A stretch of DNA of 64,000 nt from Escherichia coli O157:H7 (GTDB lineage Bacteria; Pseudomonadota; Gammaproteobacteria; Enterobacterales; Enterobacteriaceae), in the NCBI RefSeq assembly GCF_013167455.1, contig NZ_CP038328.1. One strand, given 5' to 3'. Position numbers and translations under genes: made by a program. The notes under the pieces are model-generated. The model was given only the letters and a program-made list of their open reading frames with translations. It ran no database searches and was not told the origin of the DNA. Shown in pieces: positions 11,436 through 23,652 of this stretch (the first letter of the stretch is position 1; every line of letters begins with the position of its first letter).

Positions 11436-11533
11436 GCCAGATGCGCTACGCTTATCTGGCCCGCGCGGTCATTGCAACATATTGAATATAAAAGTTTTGT
11501 AGGTTTGATAAGGCGTTCATGCCGCATCCGACA
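11436..11533. repeat. REP palindromic elements
   Basis: GCCAGATGCGCTACGCTTATCTGGC and GTAGGTTTGATAAGGCGTTCATGCCGCATCCGACA REP-type palindromes. Confidence 0.65.
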
Positions 11534-11585
11534 TGAACAACATGCACTTAGCTAATTATCAGAGGCACCTCGTAAGGTGCTTTTT

Positions 11586-12572
11586 TTAACCTAAGCGAAC
11601 ATCTCGTCCATGCGGTTCATCGAGATCCTGCCACGGACCAATTGAAATAATCCGCGTAGGGTTGATGGTCTTATGACTGCGGAAGTAATGATTACGGATA
11701 TGATCGAAATTGACTGTTTCGGCAATTCCCGGCATCTGGTAGATATCACGCAGGAAGCCATACAGATTAAGGTAATCGCTGATGCGGTGCTTATCACACT
11801 TGAAGTGGGTCACATACACTGGATCAAAACGGACCAGCGTGGTCCACAGGCGAATATCGGCTTCGGTTAGCTGGTTGCCGGTCAGGTAACGATGCTGACC
11901 TAAAATCTGTTCCAGTCGCGCCAGCGATTCAAACACTTTCTCCACCGCTTCGTCGTAGGCTTGCTGGCTGGTGGCAAAACCAGCTTTATACACGCCGTTG
12001 TTAACGGTGTCATAAATCCAGCCGTTAAGTTCGTCAATTTTCGTTTGCAGGGCTGGTGGGTAGTAATCACCCGCTTTCGCGCCCAGCGCATCAAACGCGG
12101 TATTAAACATGCGGATGATTTCTGCTGATTCGTTGCTGACGATGGTGTGGTTCTTTTTGTCCCACAGCACGGGAACAGTAACTCGTCCGCTGTAGTGTGG
12201 ATCGGCGTGGAGATAAAGCTGATACAAAAATTCATGTTGATAGAGCGTGTCTCCGGTTGCTCCCGGAAAACTGTCATCAAAGGTCCAGCCGTTTTCCAGC
12301 ATCAGCGGGTTCACTACGGAAACGGAAATAAACGGTTCCAGTCCTTTGAGTTTGCGCATGATCAGCGTGCGGTGCGCCCACGGGCAGGCGAGTGAAACAT
12401 AGAGATGATAACGATCTTTCTCTGCGATAAAACCGCCTGTGCCAGTGGGGCCAGGAGCGCCATCGGCAGTGAGCCAGTTACGAAATGCGGAAGCTGAACG
12501 TTGAAATTTACCGCCGGTAGATTTGGTATCGTACCAGGTGTCATGCCAGACGCCGTCAATCAGTTGACCCAT
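11586..12572 (-). CDS. yqjG: Glutathionyl-hydroquinone reductase (Xi-class GST) YqjG
   Basis: ATG at 12572 (MGQLIDGVWHDTWYD...) with GGAGGA RBS; CPWAHR active-site motif present; 328 aa. Confidence 0.9.
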   Translation of the reverse strand: MGQLIDGVWHDTWYDTKSTGGKFQRSASAFRNWLTADGAPGPTGTGGFIAEKDRYHLYVSLACPWAHRTLIMRKLKGLEPFISVSVVNPLMLENGWTFDDSFPGATGDTLYQHEFLYQLYLHADPHYSGRVTVPVLWDKKNHTIVSNESAEIIRMFNTAFDALGAKAGDYYPPALQTKIDELNGWIYDTVNNGVYKAGFATSQQAYDEAVEKVFESLARLEQILGQHRYLTGNQLTEADIRLWTTLVRFDPVYVTHFKCDKHRISDYLNLYGFLRDIYQMPGIAETVNFDHIRNHYFRSHKTINPTRIISIGPWQDLDEPHGRDVRLG

Positions 12573-12591
12573 TGTTCTCTCCTCCAATAGC

Positions 12592-12620
12592 AAAAACGAG
12601 GAGCTTCCTCCTCGTTTTTT
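12592..12620. terminator. Bidirectional hairpin terminator downstream of yqjF
   Basis: AAAAACGAGGAG-CTTC-CTCCTCGTTTTTT perfectly symmetric hairpin flanked by A and T runs. Confidence 0.6.
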
Positions 12621-12641
12621 ATCGTTAAGTATAGCGCGTGC

Positions 12642-13037
12642 TTACCACTTTTTATTCAGCAGGCGGTCGATGCTATACGCGCCCGGACCGGTAATTGCCA
12701 GCAGCAGGAATCCGCCAGAAATTGTCAGGTTTTTCATGAACATCAGCGAGTTGACGCCTTCAGCAAAGTTGCTGTGAAATAAAAATGCCGTCAGCAGCGT
12801 AAAGCCCGCAGTAAACAGGGCTGTGGTGCGAGTCAGGAAACCGAACAGGATTGCCAGACCACCACCAAACTCAAGCAGAATCACCAGCGGCAGCATAAAA
12901 CCCGGGACGCCCATCGCTTCCATATATTGTTGGGTACCCGCGTAACCAGTAATTTTTCCCCAGCCTGCGGTAATAAACAGAATCGGCATTAAAATGCGCG
13001 CTACCAGTACACCAACATCTTCTAATTTTTTCATCAT
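12642..13037 (-). CDS. yqjF: DoxX-family inner-membrane protein YqjF
   Basis: Trimmed from the 160 aa ORF to the MMKKLEDVGVLV... start with GGAGAG RBS; about 130 aa. Confidence 0.85.
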   Translation of the reverse strand: MMKKLEDVGVLVARILMPILFITAGWGKITGYAGTQQYMEAMGVPGFMLPLVILLEFGGGLAILFGFLTRTTALFTAGFTLLTAFLFHSNFAEGVNSLMFMKNLTISGGFLLLAITGPGAYSIDRLLNKKW

Positions 13038-13219
13038 ACTCTCCACTGCGCCACTCAGGCTGCTGATTGTTTTTTTGTGCAAGGGCGCGGTATTAGCGTC
13101 GTTGCTGTCGATGGAGAGAATCATAAACGTGGTGAATGATGATTGTTAGCAAGGAAAACTGTCAAAAATCTTCAAAAAATTTGATGGGTAAGGCCGGAAT
13201 GGCTCCGGCCAGAGGGAAG

Positions 13220-13519
13220 TTAACCGCGAAGCTGTTGCTGCTTGAGGGTCGTTTTAACCAGACGCCAGGCGCTCCATACGCCAAAACCGCGTCTGGCCCA
13301 GCGGACCAGCATATTAGGATGGCGAATCGTCCAGATCGCCATCACGCTACTGCCAACCAGCGCCCAGGAGCGCAGACTTAGCAGCATATTCCAGCGACGA
13401 TCGTAAGCGCCTGTTGCCTCCAGCCATTCACGACGACTGGCAGAAAGATCCAGCCGTTGTTGCTGGATCTGGCTAAGCAGTTGCGCCTTACGTCGTTCAC
13501 GTTCGACTTTACTGCTCAC
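13220..13519 (-). CDS. yqjK: Small membrane protein YqjK (GTG start, overlaps yqjE 3' end)
   Basis: 99 aa from GTG at 13519 preceded by GAGGAGGA RBS; the 133 aa ORF-track version is an over-extension running into yqjE. Confidence 0.7.
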   Translation of the reverse strand: MSSKVERERRKAQLLSQIQQQRLDLSASRREWLEATGAYDRRWNMLLSLRSWALVGSSVMAIWTIRHPNMLVRWARRGFGVWSAWRLVKTTLKQQQLRG

Positions 13520-13913
13520 GGGACTCCTCCTCGAGCAGCTGCCGATCGTTTGCCAGCTCATGGCGTGTATGGCGCAGCAAGGTGGATTTACGCGATTTAC
13601 GTAACGTCCAGATACCGCCAATCAGTGCCAGTAGCAGCAACACCACGGTGGTGGCAATCATCGCATTCAGGCGATATTGCGGATCAACCGCCCAAATAAT
13701 TAGCACCATCAGGCTCATAAGACCAAATGCAGCGAAAAGCATCGTCAGGCCCAGCATCAGTAAAAGTTGAAAGAGATTAGCTTTTTCCTCTTCCAGCTCA
13801 ACCACCGCCAGCCGCAGACGTGTTTCCACCATTTCAACCATGATGGAAACAATTCGCTGCCCGATGCCCAGAACGCTTTTACCGGGCCCTTGCGCGTGAT
13901 GAGTGTCCGCCAT
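13509..13913 (-). CDS. yqjE: Inner-membrane protein YqjE
   Basis: ATG at 13913 (MADTHHAQGPGKS...), 134 aa; hydrophobic core; immediately follows yqjD. Confidence 0.8.
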   Translation of the reverse strand: MADTHHAQGPGKSVLGIGQRIVSIMVEMVETRLRLAVVELEEEKANLFQLLLMLGLTMLFAAFGLMSLMVLIIWAVDPQYRLNAMIATTVVLLLLALIGGIWTLRKSRKSTLLRHTRHELANDRQLLEEESREQ

Positions 13914-13915
13914 AA

Positions 13916-14221
13916 TTAACGACGCGACAGCAGAACGCCGAGCACTACACCGATTGCAGCGCCAATGCCCACGCCCGTCCATGGATTTTCACGCACATAC
14001 TCATCGGCACGCGCCGCCGCGACACGGGTTTGTTTGGCGATGGCATCACCGGTTTCACCCAGGCGATAACGGCTCTGTTTCAGTGCCTGCTCCGCTTTGC
14101 TACGAATCTTACTCAACTCTTCTTTCGACTTCTCGCCAGATGAGCTAAGCACCTCTTCCAGCGTATCGGAAAGGGATTTCAACTCAGCACGCAGATGTTC
14201 CGTAGTGTGTTCTTTCGACAT
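13916..14221 (-). CDS. yqjD: Ribosome-associated membrane-anchored protein YqjD (ElaB/YgaM/YqjD family)
   Basis: 101 aa, charged helical N-terminus with C-terminal TM segment (GVGIGAAIGVVLGVLLSRR). Confidence 0.85.
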   Translation of the reverse strand: MSKEHTTEHLRAELKSLSDTLEEVLSSSGEKSKEELSKIRSKAEQALKQSRYRLGETGDAIAKQTRVAAARADEYVRENPWTGVGIGAAIGVVLGVLLSRR

Positions 14222-14258
14222 AGTTTTCTCCAGGTGAGTAAGTAGTGACTATTGTGAG

Positions 14259-14627
14259 TTAGTAGTCGCGCGCTTCCAGCTTTTTCAGCTCTTCCTGCGC
14301 TTCTGCCAGTTTCCGTTCGCGTTTGGCAATCTTATCGGCATCGCCTTTTTGCTTCGCCTCGGCTAAATCTTGCTGGCGTTCCGCCACCTCATCTTTCTGC
14401 TTTGCGATTTTCTTCTGATGATCGGCACGCAGCTGGCTATCTGAACAGTTGGCCCGGACTTCACTCAGGGCTTTATTCAGACCGTCAATACGATTCTGGT
14501 TTTGGTGTTTTTCGGCATAGCTGATCTCCTTAAGGATATTTTGCTCCTTTTCCTGACACAGGGTAGTGGCATAACTACCGGCACTAAGAGCAAAAAGAGA
14601 AACAGCTAAAGCGATGCGGTATTTCAT
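14259..14627 (-). CDS. yqjC: Periplasmic DUF1090 protein YqjC
   Basis: ATG at 14627 (MKYRIALAVSLFALSAGSYA signal peptide), Lys/Glu-rich coiled-coil-like mature region; 122 aa. Confidence 0.8.
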   Translation of the reverse strand: MKYRIALAVSLFALSAGSYATTLCQEKEQNILKEISYAEKHQNQNRIDGLNKALSEVRANCSDSQLRADHQKKIAKQKDEVAERQQDLAEAKQKGDADKIAKRERKLAEAQEELKKLEARDY

Positions 14628-14773
14628 TCTTGAACCTTCCATTGTGATTCGGACCTATTACAAAGGAACGATTGTCCAGACAACGAAGCGGTAGTGTTAA
14701 CCACCGCCTCATTAATCATAGACAGTTACGGTGAAATCACCAAAGTGAGTGATCTGTTTCGGACAACAGGAAG

Positions 14774-15157
14774 TTATCCGAAGCGATGAGAGTTATCCCG
14801 TAGCCGGGTCAGCCACTGCATAGCCTGACTGTTATTGTCCTGCTGCGCAATGATGTAGCCTTGGGGCAATGTTCTGTCGAGGACCGCTTTTGCAGCGGCG
14901 CTCTGGTCGCTGGAGTCAAAGGTAATTAACAGAGTGTCGTTTTTGGGGGTGATACTTTTGAAAGGAATGCCATGAGCGTCAAGGTGATGCCAGATTGAAA
15001 AACCGTCTGGCATCGTTGTGCCTTGATGAACGGCACGAATCGCCAGCGTAGACTCTTGCTGGCGAACCGCGGACCAGGCCAGCAACAGCGTGCCGACCAG
15101 AAGTAAAACAGCGCCGGACCAGGCTAGCTGGCGAAGCGACATGCGAGGTATTTGCAT
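14774..15157 (-). CDS. mzrA: Modulator of EnvZ/OmpR, MzrA
   Basis: 127 aa with N-terminal TM anchor; immediately downstream of yqjA, start codon adjacent to yqjA stop. Confidence 0.85.
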   Translation of the reverse strand: MQIPRMSLRQLAWSGAVLLLVGTLLLAWSAVRQQESTLAIRAVHQGTTMPDGFSIWHHLDAHGIPFKSITPKNDTLLITFDSSDQSAAAKAVLDRTLPQGYIIAQQDNNSQAMQWLTRLRDNSHRFG

Positions 15158-15160
15158 CCC

Positions 15161-15823
15161 TTACCCCCGATTTCCATATTTCTTTTTCCATAATACGACC
15201 AGAGAACCTGCCAGGCCAAACACCAGCAGCACCACCGGGAGCAGCATCAGGCATGACATCAGCTGGTCCTCGTACTTTAAAAATACCGGCGTTTTGCCGA
15301 GCATGTAACCCAGAGTTGTCAGGATCAATACCCACAGCAGACCGCTCATCCAGTTGAAAAACTGAAAGCGCGCGTTATTCAGCCCTGATAACCCGGCAAT
15401 CGTCGGCAGCAGTGTTCTGACAAACGCAATAAAGCGACCAATTAACAGCGCCGATAAACCGTGTTTATGAAAAAGATGGTGTGCGCGTTGATGATAATGC
15501 GCGGGTAAATGAGATAGCCAGTTTTGTACGGTGCGGGTATTGCCCAGCCATCGCCCCTGAATATAGCTGACCCAGCAGCCGAGGCTGGCGGCAACGGTCA
15601 GCAGCAGAATCGTTTGCGGATAGCCCATCGCGCCTTTCGCAATCAACACGCCGACCAATACCAGTAAACTGTCGCCCGGTAAAAAGGCCGCCGGAAGCAA
15701 GCCGTTTTCAAGGAACAAAATTACAAACAAGACAAAATACAACATGCCAATCATCGATGGATTGGCCAGGGTTTCAAAATCCTGCGCCCACAGGGCTTGC
15801 AGCAATTGGGTCAAAAGTTCCAT
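15161..15823 (-). CDS. yqjA: DedA-family inner-membrane protein YqjA
   Basis: 220 aa, polytopic membrane protein, DedA-type sequence. Confidence 0.9.
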   Translation of the reverse strand: MELLTQLLQALWAQDFETLANPSMIGMLYFVLFVILFLENGLLPAAFLPGDSLLVLVGVLIAKGAMGYPQTILLLTVAASLGCWVSYIQGRWLGNTRTVQNWLSHLPAHYHQRAHHLFHKHGLSALLIGRFIAFVRTLLPTIAGLSGLNNARFQFFNWMSGLLWVLILTTLGYMLGKTPVFLKYEDQLMSCLMLLPVVLLVFGLAGSLVVLWKKKYGNRG

Positions 15824-16167
15824 TCATTATTCCTGGTGAATCGGTTAACGCCACGCTGGTTTTAAAAGATGCACTACCGCAATGTTATTGCTGTTTTGGT
15901 ATGTTCTGCGGGTTTGATACATCAACACAGCCTGAACTATTCCCTGTTAAATCGTGAGATAAGAAAGCATTCAAAAACATAAATTCAAATTGAATCTAAT
16001 TGTAACAAAGGTCAACGTTGTTCGTTATCAAAATTACATGTCCGTGGAGTCTGATTTTGCTGAATGCAGGGGAGGGTGGCGAGAGGATTTACACAGGCTG
16101 ACACTTTATACTTTTCGCTTACCGACGAGACAAACAGGCGCGTCGCAGCGCCTGTCGGACAGGTATT

Positions 16168-16944
16168 TCATTTACTGCCACTGGTGGCCGTATCGAGATG
16201 CACTACCGGGTTTTCGGCGAACAGATAGCGGTCGGCATTGAACTCGAAGTCGTCGCTGGTTTCGTTGAATAACATGATCTTGGTGTTTTCCAGGTGCTGC
16301 CACATTGCCAGCTTAGCAGCATGAGGATCTTTGCGAATCAGCGCCTTGAGGATTTGATCGTGGTCATCACACCAGTTATCGACGGTACGGGAATCAATGT
16401 GTTCGTGCAGTTTTTTCCAGTACGGGTTATGGCTACGCTGGGTCCACATTTTTTCAACGATAGCCGCCAGGGCGGAGTTCTGCGTCGCCAGGGCTACCTG
16501 AATATGGAACTGCAAATCCCACTCGGAATCACGGAAGCATTGTTCGCCGCGCGCCTGCTCCTGGATGGCCATCAATTTCATGATGTCCTGTTTCGTTACC
16601 TGAGTTGCTGCGAACTCGGCAATATTACTTTCGATGAGTTGGCGAGCCTGGAGTAACTCAAACGGACCGTAATTGGCGAATTCCATATTATTGTCCGCAG
16701 CCTGCTGATGGCGCGGCTGGTTGGAAACCACGTGAATACCTGAACCTTTACGCACTTCGACATAGCCTTCAACTTCCAGCATGATGATGGCTTCACGAAC
16801 TACCGTACGGCTGACGTTCTTTTCATCGGCAATAAAGCGCTCAGCAGGCAGTTTATCACCCACCAGATAGACGCCCTGTTCGATGCGCTCTTTCAGGTCA
16901 GCGGCAAGTTGTTGATACAAACGGCGTGGTTCAGTGATTTCCAT
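16168..16944 (-). CDS. exuR: Hexuronate regulon repressor ExuR (GntR/FadR family)
   Basis: ATG at 16944 ([21 protein letters not shown]...), 258 aa; GntR HTH at N-terminus. Confidence 0.9.
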   Translation of the reverse strand: MEITEPRRLYQQLAADLKERIEQGVYLVGDKLPAERFIADEKNVSRTVVREAIIMLEVEGYVEVRKGSGIHVVSNQPRHQQAADNNMEFANYGPFELLQARQLIESNIAEFAATQVTKQDIMKLMAIQEQARGEQCFRDSEWDLQFHIQVALATQNSALAAIVEKMWTQRSHNPYWKKLHEHIDSRTVDNWCDDHDQILKALIRKDPHAAKLAMWQHLENTKIMLFNETSDDFEFNADRYLFAENPVVHLDTATSGSK

Positions 16945-17016
16945 ATGCGCTCCAGGCATGATACGGCAGACTATATTTGTTATACCACTTTTGCGAGTTT
17001 AGCTCTACTCGCAGTG

Positions 17017-17046
17017 ATGAAAAAGCCGCCTGAGAAGGCGGCTTTG
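17017..17046 (-). terminator. Rho-independent terminator of exuT
   Basis: AAAGCCGCC-TGAGAA-GGCGGCTTT hairpin with T-run on the minus strand just after the exuT stop. Confidence 0.6.
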
Positions 17047-17073
17047 AAGCGAAACTAAAACTTACACGAAGCG

Positions 17074-18372
17074 TTAATGTTGCGGTGCGGGATCGTTATG
17101 TGTTTCCTGCGCCACCTCAATCGCCGGTTTGTTCTGCAATACGGTCCAGATAACCAGCGCACCCAGCAGGTCAAATACTGCCAGAACTGCGAACAGCGGG
17201 CTGAAGCCGATGGTGTCAGCCAGTGCACCGACAACCAGCGCAAACAGCGTACTTGCCAGCCATGCGGACATCCCGGTTAAACCGTTCGCCGTTGCCACTT
17301 CGTTACGACCAAACACGTCGGAAGAGAGCGTAATCAGCGCGCCAGACAGTGCCTGGTGGGCAAAACCACCGATACACAGCAGCATAATTGCGACATACGG
17401 GTTGGTGAACAGGCCGATCATACCCGGGCCAATCATCAGCACTGCACCCAGCGTTACGACCATCTTACGGGAAACGATCAGGTTCACACCAAACCAACGC
17501 TGGAACAGCGGCGGCAGGTAACCACCGAGGATACAACCGAGGTCAGCAAACAGCATCGGCATCCAGGCGAACATCGCGATCTCTTTCAGGTTAAAGCCGT
17601 AAACTTTAAACATGAACAGCGGGATCCACGCGTTAAAAGTACCCCAGGCCGGTTCTGCCAGGAAACGCGGCAGCGCGATACCCCAGAACTGACGGTTACG
17701 CAGGATCTGACCAACGGACATTTTCTTCGCCGTACTCACCTGGTGCTGGGCTTCCTGACCATTAATAATATAGTCGCGTTCTTCATCGGTCAGATGCTTC
17801 TGGTCGCGCGGATGTTTATAGAAAATCAGCCATGCCATCGCCCAGATAAAGCTCAATGCACCGGAGATGATAAATGCCATCTGCCAGCTGTGCATCACGA
17901 TTGCCCATACCACCAGCGGCGGCGCAATCATCGCACCAATCGAAGAACCTACGTTAAAATAGCCTACTGCGATGGAACGCTCTTTCGCCGGGAACCATTC
18001 GGAGCTGGCTTTCAGACCCGCCGGGATCATCGCTGCTTCCGCGGCACCGACCGCACCACGAGCAACAGCCAGGCCACCCCAGCTACCTGCCAGCGCGGTT
18101 GCACCACAGAACACGGCCCACAGCACAGCAAACATTGCATAACCGATTTTCGTACCCAGCACATCCAGTACATAACCTGCTACCGGTTGCATGACCGTAT
18201 AAGCAGCAGAATAGGCTGCGATGATATAGGAATACTGTTGGGTGGAGATGTTTAACTCTTCCATCAGAGTTGGCGCAGCTGCCGCCACAGTGTTACGCGT
18301 CAGGTAACCAAGCACGGTGCCGAGCGTCACCAGTGCGATCATATACCAACGTAACCCTTTAATTTTACGCAT
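17074..18372 (-). CDS. exuT: Hexuronate (glucuronate/galacturonate) MFS transporter ExuT
   Basis: Trimmed from the 472 aa ORF to the ATG at 18372 (MRKIKGLRWYMIALVTLG...) with GAGG RBS; 432 aa, 12-TM MFS pattern. Confidence 0.85.
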   Translation of the reverse strand: MRKIKGLRWYMIALVTLGTVLGYLTRNTVAAAAPTLMEELNISTQQYSYIIAAYSAAYTVMQPVAGYVLDVLGTKIGYAMFAVLWAVFCGATALAGSWGGLAVARGAVGAAEAAMIPAGLKASSEWFPAKERSIAVGYFNVGSSIGAMIAPPLVVWAIVMHSWQMAFIISGALSFIWAMAWLIFYKHPRDQKHLTDEERDYIINGQEAQHQVSTAKKMSVGQILRNRQFWGIALPRFLAEPAWGTFNAWIPLFMFKVYGFNLKEIAMFAWMPMLFADLGCILGGYLPPLFQRWFGVNLIVSRKMVVTLGAVLMIGPGMIGLFTNPYVAIMLLCIGGFAHQALSGALITLSSDVFGRNEVATANGLTGMSAWLASTLFALVVGALADTIGFSPLFAVLAVFDLLGALVIWTVLQNKPAIEVAQETHNDPAPQH

Positions 18373-18752
18373 GTAAAACCTCATCGTTTTGTTATATCCG
18401 CAGGAAGCGCGGCCATCATCCCGCCAGAGGCTGAAGATGTTAGTTACGACCGGGTAACCGAAAAAAAACCGGCACGCCCCGAACGTTGCCATGAAAGTTT
18501 CGTGCTAATTCGGCTTCCGTACCGGTTAACCCGATTCATCTAACAAATGAATGAATCGGCAATTTGCATTCCGTCGACTTATGATTTGCGACGGCAGAAA
18601 GATAACTTGTCATACAACTTTAAAAGGTGAGAGCCATCACAAATGTGCGAATATTTGTAGGGACATTACCTGACGACAGCGAGGCCAGTACTGGCGCGGC
18701 CTGCAGAGAGATTTACCACTTTGAGAGTAATTTTTTTAACTACGTTTATTGA

Positions 18753-20267
<1,515 letters not shown>

Positions 20268-20281
20268 GGTCTGGGGTTGAT

Positions 20282-21769
20282 ATGCAATACATCAAGATCC
20301 ATGCGCTGGATAACGTCGCGGTCGCTTTAGCGGATTTGGCTGAAGGCACAGAAGTCAGTGTCGATAACCAAACTGTTAGGCTGCGCCAGGATGTTGCTCG
20401 TGGACATAAATTTGCGTTAACGAATATCGCAAAAGGGGCCAACGTCATCAAATATGGCCTGCCGATTGGTTATGCATTGGCGGATATTGCGGCGGGGGAA
20501 CACGTTCACGCCCACAATACGCGCACGAATCTGAGCGATCTGGATCAGTATCGCTATCAACCTGATTTTCAGGATCTGCCTGCGCAAGCGGCAGATCGTG
20601 AAGTGCAGATCTATCGTCGCGCTAACGGCGATGTCGGGGTGCGTAACGAGCTGTGGATCCTGCCAACCGTGGGCTGTGTCAACGGCATCGCGCGGCAGAT
20701 CCAGAACCGTTTTCTGAAAGAGACCAACAACGCTGAAGGTACCGACGGCGTGTTCCTCTTCAGCCACACCTACGGCTGCTCACAGCTGGGCGACGATCAC
20801 ATTAATACCCGCACCATGCTGCAAAACATGGTGCGCCACCCGAACGCAGGCGCAGTGCTGGTGATTGGTCTGGGCTGTGAAAACAACCAGGTTGCCGCAT
20901 TCCGTGAAACGCTGGGCGATATCGATCCTGAACGCGTTCATTTCATGATCTGCCAACAGCAGGATGATGAGATCGAAGCCGGAATCGAGCATTTGCATCA
21001 GCTGTATAACGTGATGCGCAACGATAAACGCGAGCCAGGCAAACTCAGCGAACTGAAGTTTGGTCTGGAGTGCGGTGGTTCTGACGGTCTTTCTGGTATT
21101 ACTGCTAACCCGATGCTGGGGCGTTTCTCTGACTACGTGATTGCTAACGGCGGTACTACCGTACTGACCGAAGTGCCGGAGATGTTTGGCGCAGAGCAGT
21201 TGCTGATGGACCATTGCCGCGACGAAGCAACGTTTGAAAAACTGGTCACCATGGTCAACGACTTCAAACAGTACTTTATTGCCCATGACCAGCCGATCTA
21301 TGAAAACCCATCGCCGGGGAACAAAGCGGGCGGTATCACCACGCTGGAAGATAAATCCCTTGGCTGTACCCAGAAAGCGGGTTCCAGCGTCGTGGTTGAC
21401 GTGCTGCGTTACGGCGAGCGTCTGAAAACGCCGGGGCTGAACTTGTTAAGTGCGCCGGGTAACGATGCCGTAGCGACCAGCGCCCTGGCGGGTGCGGGCT
21501 GCCATATGGTGCTGTTCAGTACTGGTCGTGGCACGCCATACGGCGGCTTTGTACCGACGGTGAAAATCGCTACCAACAGTGAACTGGCGGCGAAGAAAAA
21601 ACACTGGATCGACTTTGACGCGGGTCAGCTGATCCACGGTAAAGCGATGCCGCAGTTGCTGGAAGAATTTATCGATACCATCGTTGAGTTTGCCAACGGT
21701 AAACAAACCTGCAACGAGCGTAACGACTTCCGCGAACTGGCGATCTTCAAAAGCGGCGTAACGCTATAA
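20282..21769 (+). CDS. uxaA: Altronate dehydratase UxaA
   Basis: 495 aa; follows uxaC by 14 nt (operon). Confidence 0.92.
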   Translation: MQYIKIHALDNVAVALADLAEGTEVSVDNQTVRLRQDVARGHKFALTNIAKGANVIKYGLPIGYALADIAAGEHVHAHNTRTNLSDLDQYRYQPDFQDLPAQAADREVQIYRRANGDVGVRNELWILPTVGCVNGIARQIQNRFLKETNNAEGTDGVFLFSHTYGCSQLGDDHINTRTMLQNMVRHPNAGAVLVIGLGCENNQVAAFRETLGDIDPERVHFMICQQQDDEIEAGIEHLHQLYNVMRNDKREPGKLSELKFGLECGGSDGLSGITANPMLGRFSDYVIANGGTTVLTEVPEMFGAEQLLMDHCRDEATFEKLVTMVNDFKQYFIAHDQPIYENPSPGNKAGGITTLEDKSLGCTQKAGSSVVVDVLRYGERLKTPGLNLLSAPGNDAVATSALAGAGCHMVLFSTGRGTPYGGFVPTVKIATNSELAAKKKHWIDFDAGQLIHGKAMPQLLEEFIDTIVEFANGKQTCNERNDFRELAIFKSGVTL

Positions 21770-21793
21770 AGTCGAAATGAGTTGTTAATAAAA

Positions 21794-21830
21794 AACGGCG
21801 TTTCATAATGTGAAGCGCCGTTTGCTTTTC
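21794..21830 (+). terminator. Rho-independent terminator after uxaA
   Basis: AACGGCGTTTCA-TAATG-TGAAGCGCCGTT hairpin followed by TGCTTTTCC. Confidence 0.6.
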
Positions 21831-21851
21831 CATACCTGATAAGGATTTATC

Positions 21852-22403
21852 ATGACCGCGTATTGGCTGGCCCAGGGCGTGGGTGTCATCGCCTTTCTGA
21901 TTGGTATCACAACATTTTTCAATCGTGACGAACGTCGCTTCAAAAAGCAGCTTTCGGTCTATAGCGCCGTTATTGGCGTACATTTTTTTCTTCTGGGCAC
22001 CTATCCCGCTGGTGCCAGTGCCATCCTTAATGCCATTCGTACATTGATTACCTTACGCACGCGCAGCTTATGGGTAATGGCGATTTTTATTGTGCTGACT
22101 GGCGGAATTGGCCTCGCGAAGTTCCATCATCCTATCGAACTATTGCCGGTTATCGGTACGATTGTCAGTACCTGGGCGCTGTTCCGCTGTAAAGGGCTCA
22201 CCATGCGCTGCGTGATGTGGTTTTCAACGTGTTGCTGGGTGATTCACAACTTCTGGGCGGGGTCGATAGGCGGCACGATGATTGAGGGTAGTTTTCTGCT
22301 TATGAATGGCCTGAATATCATTCGTTTCTGGCGGATGCAGAAAAGGGGAATTGATCCGTTTAAAGTAGAGAAAACCCCTCCCGCCATAGACGAAAGGGGT
22401 TAA
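21852..22403 (+). CDS. ygjV: Inner-membrane protein YgjV
   Basis: 183 aa, hydrophobic multi-pass; convergent with sstT. Confidence 0.85.
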   Translation: MTAYWLAQGVGVIAFLIGITTFFNRDERRFKKQLSVYSAVIGVHFFLLGTYPAGASAILNAIRTLITLRTRSLWVMAIFIVLTGGIGLAKFHHPIELLPVIGTIVSTWALFRCKGLTMRCVMWFSTCCWVIHNFWAGSIGGTMIEGSFLLMNGLNIIRFWRMQKRGIDPFKVEKTPPAIDERG

Positions 22404-22407
22404 ACAA

Positions 22408-23652
22408 TTAATTACGCAGGGCGCTATTTGCCAGACGATCGTCTTCCGCCTGGCAAGCTGCCGCAGTGAACAGCACGTCAGTTGAAGAGTTCAGAGCGGT
22501 TTCGCAAGAGTCCTGCAATACGCCGATAATAAAGCCGACGGCAACCACCTGCATGGCGATATCGTTCGAAATACCGAACATATTACAGGCCAGTGGGATC
22601 AGCAGCAAAGAACCCCCCGCCACGCCGGATGCGCCACAGGCACACAGAGAAGCCACTACGCTCAACAGCAGCGCTGTGGGCAGATCGACCGGAATACCCA
22701 GCGTATTAACCGCAGCCAGCGTCAACACGGTAATGGTGATTGCTGCGCCCGCCATATTGATGGTGGCTCCCAGCGGAATAGAAACGGAATAGGTATCGCG
22801 ATCCAGATTCAGCTTTTCACACAGTGCCATATTCACCGGAATGTTCGCCGCAGAGCTGCGGGTGAAGAAGGCATACACGCCGCTTTCGCGCAGGCACAGC
22901 AGCACCAGCGGGAACGGGTTACGACGAATTTTCCACCACACCAGCAATGGGTTAACCACCAGCGCCACCAGTAACATACAGCCAACCAGCACGACCAGCA
23001 GTTGCGCGTAGCCCCACAGTGTGGAGAAACCGGTGGTTGCCAGGGTAGAAGAAACCAGACCAAAAATACCAATCGGTGCGAAGCGAATGACCAGTTTCAC
23101 CATAAAGGTGACGGCATTCGACATATCGTTGACCAGGTTTTTGGTGGTCTCGTTACCGTGACGCAGTGCGAAACCGAGGCCAATTGCCCACACCAGGATC
23201 CCGATGTAGTTACCTTTCAGCAGCGCGTCGATGGGGTTGGAAACCATGCTCATTACCAGCCCGCGCATCACTTCTACAATGCCTGACGGTGGCGAAATAT
23301 CACCCGCGCTACTGGATAAGTGCAGGGTAGAAGGGAAGGCGAAGCTGAAAACGACTGCGGCCAGAGCAGCAGAGAAGGTACCCAGCAGATAGAGGAACAA
23401 AATAGGGCGGATATTGGTTTTCTGCCCGTGCTGGTGGTTAGCAATAGATGCCATCACCAGCATCAACACCAGGATGGGGGCAACGGCTTTCAGTGCGCCG
23501 ACGAACAAAGTACCTAACAGACCAACAGCTTCCGCCGCGGGTTTTGAGATCCATGCCAGAAGAATCCCCAGAACAAGGCCGACCAGGATTTGTTTTACCA
23601 GGCTGCCATGAGCCAGACGCCGGAATAGCCCCGGTGAACGTTGCGTAGTCAT
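22408..23652 (-). CDS. sstT: Serine/threonine:Na+ symporter SstT
   Basis: 414 aa, DAACS-family transporter sequence. Confidence 0.92.
   Translation of the reverse strand: MTTQRSPGLFRRLAHGSLVKQILVGLVLGILLAWISKPAAEAVGLLGTLFVGALKAVAPILVLMLVMASIANHQHGQKTNIRPILFLYLLGTFSAALAAVVFSFAFPSTLHLSSSAGDISPPSGIVEVMRGLVMSMVSNPIDALLKGNYIGILVWAIGLGFALRHGNETTKNLVNDMSNAVTFMVKLVIRFAPIGIFGLVSSTLATTGFSTLWGYAQLLVVLVGCMLLVALVVNPLLVWWKIRRNPFPLVLLCLRESGVYAFFTRSSAANIPVNMALCEKLNLDRDTYSVSIPLGATINMAGAAITITVLTLAAVNTLGIPVDLPTALLLSVVASLCACGASGVAGGSLLLIPLACNMFGISNDIAMQVVAVGFIIGVLQDSCETALNSSTDVLFTAAACQAEDDRLANSALRN

Noticed and set aside
17356-18255. 299-aa plus-strand ORF antisense to exuT
   Set aside because: Shadow ORF of a GC-rich membrane-protein gene; Arg/His-rich translation atypical of real proteins
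17074-18492. 472-aa version of exuT from the ORF track
   Set aside because: The first 40 codons lack a membrane-protein signature and an RBS; the ATG at 18372 with a GAGG RBS gives the 432-aa MFS protein
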